From contig OY760175.1 in assembly GCA_963663165.1 (NCBI GenBank), positions 960,001-1,024,000 on the forward strand: 64,000 bases of DNA, written 5' to 3'. The DNA is from an uncultured Desulfospira sp. GTDB taxonomy: Bacteria; Desulfobacterota; Desulfobacteria; Desulfobacterales; Desulfobacteraceae. Made by a program: the position numbers and the translations under genes. The notes under the pieces were generated by a model that was not told where the DNA came from, did not search any database, and was given only the letters and a program-made list of their open reading frames with translations. The first letter of the stretch is position 1. Each line of letters opens with the position of its first letter. Shown here piece after piece: positions 58,316 through 64,000 of this stretch.

Positions 58316-59437
58316 ATGGCAAAACACCTGGCACTGATCGGCGGCGGCCACGCCCACATGATGATTCTGGACAACTTAAGCCAATTTATTGAAAAAGGGT
58401 TTTATGTCACGGTAATCGGCCCCTCTGATTACCATTACTACTCAGGCATGGGCCCGGGCATGTTGGGGGGCACATACTCCCCGAAGGATATCCGCTTCGC
58501 CACAAAGGACGTGGTCACCAAACAGGGGGGCACCTTTATTAAAGGCAAGGCCGTTAAAATTGACCCGGAAAACCGGATCATTCATACGGAATCAGGCAGA
58601 ACCGTCACGTATGATGTGGTCTGCTGTAATGCCGGATCTTATATCCCCATGGACGCCGTGGCGCAAGGTATGGAAAACGTCTATACGGTCAAGCCCATTG
58701 AAACACTCTGGGAGGCAGCCCAAAAGCTTAAACAACTGTTCACAGAAAAGAAAATTACTGTCGGCATTATAGGCGGCGGGCCGTCTTCGGCCGAGATTGC
58801 CGGAAATGTCTGGGAGCTGGCCAAACGGACCGGGGGGCACATGCCCCAAATTCAGATTTTTGCCCGAAGCCGGCTCATGTCGGGATTTCCTGAATCTGTC
58901 CGGTCCAGGGTCTTTTCCACCCTCAAAAAAAGAGGGGTCCTGATTCATGAGCAGACACCGGTGGCCAAGGTAAAAGCCAGCACCATTGAAACCGAATCCG
59001 GCAAAACCTTTGATGCGGACTTTGTCTTCATGGCCCCCGGGGTGCGGCCTTCTAAAATCTTTTCGGATTCCGGGCTGCCGGTGGGGCCTGACAAAGGCCT
59101 TCTGGTCAACCGATGCCTGCAAAGTGTCCGGTATCCTGAAATTTTTGGGGGCGGGGACTGTATTTACTATGAAGCACAGCCCCTGAACAAGGTGGGCGTT
59201 TATGCCGTCAGGCAAAATCCCATCCTGCTGCATAACGTCATGGCAGCCCTTGAAGGCAGCCCGTTGATAGATTTTGACCCGGGGCCGGAATATCTCTTGA
59301 TTTTCAACCTTGGCGGCGGTGAAGGTGTCCTAAAAAAGAAAGGCATTGTTTTTGGGGGACGGCCTGCCTTTATGATCAAGGATTATATTGACAGAAAATT
59401 TATCAAAAAATTCCAGGCCATCGAGAACACCTTATAG
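58316..59437 (+). CDS. FAD-dependent pyridine nucleotide-disulfide oxidoreductase (NDH-2/SelD N-terminal-domain-like)
   Basis: LIGGGHAH, YYSGMGPG, IIGGG, FGGGDC, KVGVYAVRQ, KDYIDRKF. Confidence 0.85.
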   Translation: MAKHLALIGGGHAHMMILDNLSQFIEKGFYVTVIGPSDYHYYSGMGPGMLGGTYSPKDIRFATKDVVTKQGGTFIKGKAVKIDPENRIIHTESGRTVTYDVVCCNAGSYIPMDAVAQGMENVYTVKPIETLWEAAQKLKQLFTEKKITVGIIGGGPSSAEIAGNVWELAKRTGGHMPQIQIFARSRLMSGFPESVRSRVFSTLKKRGVLIHEQTPVAKVKASTIETESGKTFDADFVFMAPGVRPSKIFSDSGLPVGPDKGLLVNRCLQSVRYPEIFGGGDCIYYEAQPLNKVGVYAVRQNPILLHNVMAALEGSPLIDFDPGPEYLLIFNLGGGEGVLKKKGIVFGGRPAFMIKDYIDRKFIKKFQAIENTL

Positions 59438-60923
59438 GCAAGACCCATTGGAAACTAAACGATACCGCCCTCCCCTTAAACCGCCCGGTCGGTGTGATTA
59501 CAACCTGTGCGTAATCGGTGCCGGAGCTGCTGGTCTTGTGGCCGCCTATATCGGAGCTGCTGCCCGGGCAAAAACCGCCCTTATCGAAGCCCATAAAATG
59601 GGCGGGGACTGCCTGAATACCGGATGTGTGCCGTCCAAGGCCCTGATTGCCGCTGCCCAATTTGCCCACCAGGCAGGCAATGCCCAGACCCTTGGTTTTA
59701 AACGGGCAAGGGTGGATTTTGAATTTTCCGAAATCATGGACCGGGTAAAACAGGTTATTCAAAAAATAGAACCCCACGATTCCGTGGACCGGTACACCCG
59801 GATGGGGGTGGATTGTTATGAAGGTCGGGCCCGGATTGTTTCCCCCTTTGAAGTCCGGGTGGGCCAAACCGTCCTGACCACCAAAAACATCATTGTGGCC
59901 ACCGGGGCTTCCCCCCTTGTCCCGGATCTGCCAGGGCTTGACCAGGTGGATTATCTCACCTCGGACACGGTCTGGGCACTTACAGACCTGCCCCGGCGGC
60001 TGGTGATTCTCGGGGCAGGCCCGGTTGCCTGTGAGCTTGGCCAGGCCTTTTCCCGGCTTGGGGCTAAAATTACCCTGGTCCTGCGGGGAGAACGGATCCT
60101 GAAACGGGAAGACCCGGATGTCTCAGATTTTATGGTAAACCGTTTTCAGTCTGAAGGCATCCAGATTCTGACCGGGCATACCCCCAAAGAGATCCGGACA
60201 GACGGCAGGGACCATGCCCTGGTTTGTATCCATAACAATGCACCGGTGTCCATTCCCTTTGACCGGATACTCCTGGCCTTGGGCAGGACCCCCAATGTCA
60301 AAGGGTTTGGCTTGGAAGAACTTGGGGTAGAGCTGACCCCATCCAAGGCCATTTTAACCGACGCTTTCTTGCGGACCAATTATACCAATATTTTTTGTTC
60401 AGGCGATGTCCACGGACTGTACCAGTTCACCCACACCGCAGCCCATGAATCCTGGTATGCTGCTGTCAATGCCCTGTTTGGAAAATTTAAAAAGTTTAAA
60501 CCCGACTACACGGTGATCCCCCGGGCTGTATTTACCGACCCTGAAACCGCCCGGGTCGGGTTAAATGAAATGGAAGCCAGAGCCCGGAATATCCCTTACG
60601 AAAAGGTGGTTTACCCCTTGGCGGATCTGGACCGGGCCATTGCCGATTCGAAAGATCATGGTTTTCTCAAAGTCCTCACAAAGCCTGGGAAAGATACCAT
60701 ACTCGGCGTCACCGTTGTGGGCTCCCGGGCCTCAGACACCATTGCAGAGTTTGTCCTGGCCATGAAGCAGAATATCGGCTTAAATAAAATCCTTGGCACC
60801 ATTCACATCTACCCGACCATGGCCGAAGCCAACAAGTATGCGGCCGGCATGTGGAAGAAAGCCCATGCGCCCAAACGGCTTCTGTCCTGGCTGGAAAGGT
60901 ATCATGCCTGGATGCGGCGCTGA
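59388..60923 (+). CDS. class-I pyridine nucleotide-disulfide oxidoreductase (Lpd/MerA-like, no C-terminal Cys pair); start uncertain
   Basis: VIGAGAAG, GGDCLNTGCVPSK, FTDPE, HIYPTMAE. Confidence 0.85.
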   Translation: MTENLSKNSRPSRTPYRQDPLETKRYRPPLKPPGRCDYNLCVIGAGAAGLVAAYIGAAARAKTALIEAHKMGGDCLNTGCVPSKALIAAAQFAHQAGNAQTLGFKRARVDFEFSEIMDRVKQVIQKIEPHDSVDRYTRMGVDCYEGRARIVSPFEVRVGQTVLTTKNIIVATGASPLVPDLPGLDQVDYLTSDTVWALTDLPRRLVILGAGPVACELGQAFSRLGAKITLVLRGERILKREDPDVSDFMVNRFQSEGIQILTGHTPKEIRTDGRDHALVCIHNNAPVSIPFDRILLALGRTPNVKGFGLEELGVELTPSKAILTDAFLRTNYTNIFCSGDVHGLYQFTHTAAHESWYAAVNALFGKFKKFKPDYTVIPRAVFTDPETARVGLNEMEARARNIPYEKVVYPLADLDRAIADSKDHGFLKVLTKPGKDTILGVTVVGSRASDTIAEFVLAMKQNIGLNKILGTIHIYPTMAEANKYAAGMWKKAHAPKRLLSWLERYHAWMRR

Positions 60924-60992
60924 AGGTTTGCGCCAGCCGTCCTGGCCGGGGTTCGGGTGGACACAGTGGACAGGGTGGACCTGCCGGACGAT

Positions 60993-61700
60993 CTACCCTG
61001 TCGGGTTCCGTTTGACAACAATCTGATTCACCGTCATATCGGTCCCTGATTTTTCCAGGGCTTTGTTGACCATTATGGGAAGGGCTGAACAGCAAGGCAC
61101 GTCCATGATGGCAACGGTAATGCTTTTAAGAGAACACGTCTTAAAAATCCCGGCGAGTTTGTTTACAGTCTCGTCTTTGGGATCGAATTTGGGGCAGCCG
61201 ATCATGACCGCCCTGCCCTTAAGAAGATCCCGGTGAAAATCAGGGCAGGCCACAGGGACACAGTCAGCGGCAATGAGCAAATCCGCATCGTTTAAAAATA
61301 ACGCCCCCTCAGGGATCAGCCGGATTTGAACCGGCCAGTGGCCAAGTTCGGATTTTCCGGGCCCTTGTACTGTTTTCTCCTTCCCAGGGGCATGGTTAGA
61401 AAATATCTGAACACCGGCTGAAGGGCATCCCATGACTGATTTTTTAAACAAGGCTTTCTGGGAAAGCATCTGCTCTACTGCTTTTTCATCAAAATCTTCG
61501 GCCTGTCTTTCCACGATATAAAGTGCCCCATTGGGACAATCCCCGATACAAGCCCCGAGTCCGTCACAATACCGGTCCCCGATAACCTTTGCCTTGCCGT
61601 CAACAATCTGAATAGCCCCTTCGGCACAGGCCGGCACACAGTTGCCGCACCCGTCACACTTTTCCTGGTCGATTTCGATAATTTTTCTGATGATCTTCAT
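60993..61700 (-). CDS. 4Fe-4S ferredoxin-domain protein of the type often found beside hcp
   Basis: CDGCGNCVPAC, CDGLGACIGDCP, WPVQ, AADC, GCPK.D, VPCC. Confidence 0.85.
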   Translation of the reverse strand: MKIIRKIIEIDQEKCDGCGNCVPACAEGAIQIVDGKAKVIGDRYCDGLGACIGDCPNGALYIVERQAEDFDEKAVEQMLSQKALFKKSVMGCPSAGVQIFSNHAPGKEKTVQGPGKSELGHWPVQIRLIPEGALFLNDADLLIAADCVPVACPDFHRDLLKGRAVMIGCPKFDPKDETVNKLAGIFKTCSLKSITVAIMDVPCCSALPIMVNKALEKSGTDMTVNQIVVKRNPTG

Positions 61701-61824
61701 AGGAGACCTCCTTTGAATTATTCCATGAGCCGTGTTTATCGGGTAGTGCGTTTCCTGCCATTTTTAAACCCGTTGCCATGGTTTATCTTAGCATCAAAGA
61801 TACACCATAAATTTTCCGGGGACC

Positions 61825-61838
61825 TTGACATGGATCAA
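61825..61838. promoter_or_regulatory. Crp/Fnr-family (HcpR-like) box
   Basis: TTGACATGGATCAA (TTGA-N6-TCAA) upstream of the Fe-S gene. Confidence 0.6.
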
Positions 61839-61907
61839 GATATTTTATTTCTTAAAGCATGAGGCAAATTTTATCCTGCGCTTTAACGGCGTAAGCTTTT
61901 TTATATG

Positions 61908-61997
61908 AAAGTCTTACTAACAATCTGAAAAGACTTTAATTTTTTTGTTGTGGCCCGATGCTTGGGTTGGATAACCCAATCGGGCCATGCCCGTTAG
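61908..61997 (+). repeat. dispersed palindrome+hairpin element copy 3 (diverged, covarying)
   Basis: AAAGTCTTACTAACAATCTGAAAAGACTTT...GTTGTGGCCCGATGCTTGGGTTGGATAACCCAATCGGGCCATGCCCGTTAG. Confidence 0.75.
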
Positions 61998-62010
61998 ATA
62001 GAGGAAAAAA

Positions 62011-62916
62011 ATGAACGAGAATGCATTGGTTCAGAAAATCCTTGATACCATCAAACATTACTATAAAACCAAAGAAAGGCTATCCAGAGAAGCCCTTTTC
62101 TTTTTGGAATCTGGCTTTGGTATCTGCGGTCCATCTGAAATTAAAAAGGTTCTCAAAGATCAAGACTCTGATGAACGGGAAATGTTTCTTGAATATTTTC
62201 TATTCCCGGGCCAGAGGCTTCGGCTGGCTATAGAGCCGGCTTTAGGCGTTAAAGGGGTTTCCTCTCAAACGGAGGCCATGATCAGCCAAACGCTGCTCCA
62301 AAACCGTTGGACCCTTACCTTATTTCATCCCCAAAGTACAGATCTGATTCAGGTACATGTTCCTTCCGGGCTGGTAACCACTTTTATAGCAAGACTCTTC
62401 TTAACCCGGTCATTGGATTCTGGTATCTGCGAAGCACTGGATAAAAACCTGCCAAATGCCGACTGTCTTTTAACAAGAGTGCTGATTCGGACCCATAACT
62501 ATAAATTTGAAAATGAAAAAAAAGAACTTTTGGTGAAGTTCACCCAAAATTGGAATAACAGGTCCATAAACTTTTCTGAACTAGTGGCACTGTTTTTAAA
62601 AATTCTGGACCAGGCCCCGGAGAACAAGAATATCAGCCTTTATTTTATCGAAATATGGGAAAAAGAAAAGGCAGGGCTGAAACAAATTCTGGAGTTTCAT
62701 AAAAAGCTGGAACGGTACACCATGGAATACCTGATGCTGTCCAAATACCCTATTCCCTCAGAATCTTATGAAGTGGTTCTCAAAAGGCTTGAGAACCTGA
62801 ATACCATTGTCTGGGATATTCTTGAAATTCCATTTAAAACAGAACCCGAGGTGGTGGACTTAGGAAAAATCCATCCGGGCAAAGACATGGATAAATTATT
62901 TAGAATTTTCTCGTAA
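62011..62916 (+). CDS. hypothetical protein
   Basis: 301-aa ORF with GAGG RBS; no recognisable motif. Confidence 0.75.
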   Translation: MNENALVQKILDTIKHYYKTKERLSREALFFLESGFGICGPSEIKKVLKDQDSDEREMFLEYFLFPGQRLRLAIEPALGVKGVSSQTEAMISQTLLQNRWTLTLFHPQSTDLIQVHVPSGLVTTFIARLFLTRSLDSGICEALDKNLPNADCLLTRVLIRTHNYKFENEKKELLVKFTQNWNNRSINFSELVALFLKILDQAPENKNISLYFIEIWEKEKAGLKQILEFHKKLERYTMEYLMLSKYPIPSESYEVVLKRLENLNTIVWDILEIPFKTEPEVVDLGKIHPGKDMDKLFRIFS

Positions 62917-62918
62917 AC

Positions 62919-62958
62919 AAAAAAAGCCCTGACCATGCGAACCATAGTCAGGGCTTTT
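62919..62958. terminator. bidirectional terminator at the end of the rRNA operon
   Basis: AAAAAAAGCCCTGAC...GTCAGGGCTTTT. Confidence 0.85.
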
Positions 62959-62967
62959 AGAAAAATA

Positions 62968-63085
62968 ACCCGGCAGCGTTCTACTCTCCCACACAGTCTC
63001 CCATGCAGTACCATCGACGCTAAGGCGCTTAACTACCGTGTTCGAGATGGGTACGGGTGTGGCCGCCTCGCCATTGCCACCGGGT
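62968..63085 (-). rRNA. rrf: 5S rRNA
   Basis: reverse complement contains CCGAACACGGTAGTTAAG-like and GGTACTGCATGGGAGACTGTGTGGGAGAGTAG 5S motifs; ends base-pair. Confidence 0.97.
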
Positions 63086-63203
63086 TAAACCGGCCAGGAC
63101 CTGGAACTTCTGATTAATGTACTGTTACCGCGTTCCCGGAATCCTGTAAATTTGTTGTAGTAAATTTTTGCCATCAAAGAATTTAAGTTTATCTGTGGAA
63201 AAA

Positions 63204-64000
<797 letters not shown>

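Noticed and set aside
59388..60923. mercuric reductase merA
   Set aside because: No C-terminal Cys-Cys pair, no N-terminal metal-binding domain, no mer genes nearby
61908..61997. canonical integron attC site (CTAAC...GTTAGAT)
   Set aside because: AAC and GTT are not symmetric about the hairpin, no cassette array or intI in the window; kept as an unnamed element instead

Overview
64-kb window from a sulfate-reducing deltaproteobacterium, most likely Desulfobacteraceae (inferred from gene content). Left to right: (1) a minus-strand, sigma54-driven tusA-mvhD-hdrA-hdrA-wHTH-hdrC-CCG-dsrE sulfur-relay/heterodisulfide-reductase-like operon; (2) an AT-richer island with a corrinoid protein, two MtaA/UroD-family methyltransferases, a TRAP transporter and an XRE-cupin regulator; (3) a Tat Fe-S protein plus membrane partner, a PAS sigma54 activator, thioredoxin and a DUF4242-like gene; (4) a FIST-domain chemoreceptor and a PEP-CTERM protein between ~410-bp imperfect direct repeats; (5) a complete 4278-bp five-gene TG...CA transposon with a 6-bp target duplication, encoding a DDE transposase, an AAA+ ATPase, a primase-type CHC2 zinc finger and two more proteins, with a possible antisense-RNA-controlled leader; (6) a frameshifted GyrI-like gene, a second sigma54 activator and a FitAB/VapBC pair; (7) mfd, usp, clc, HTH-EIIA, ArsA-like ATPase, antiporter, cstA, DHH and TIGR01777 genes; (8) an oxidative/persulfide-stress region (three rubredoxin-type genes absent from the ORF track, flavodiiron protein, ferritin-like protein, MsrAB, RND pump, rhodanese-ferritin fusion, FAD oxidoreductases); (9) 5S rRNA and the 3' end of 23S rRNA. 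Best candidates for undescribed systems: the five-gene transposon, a three-copy palindrome+hairpin element at rearrangement junctions, the Hdr/TusA/DsrE operon with its inferred regulon, and the double-MT2 methyltransferase island. All product calls come from motif recognition by eye; no database searches were run.
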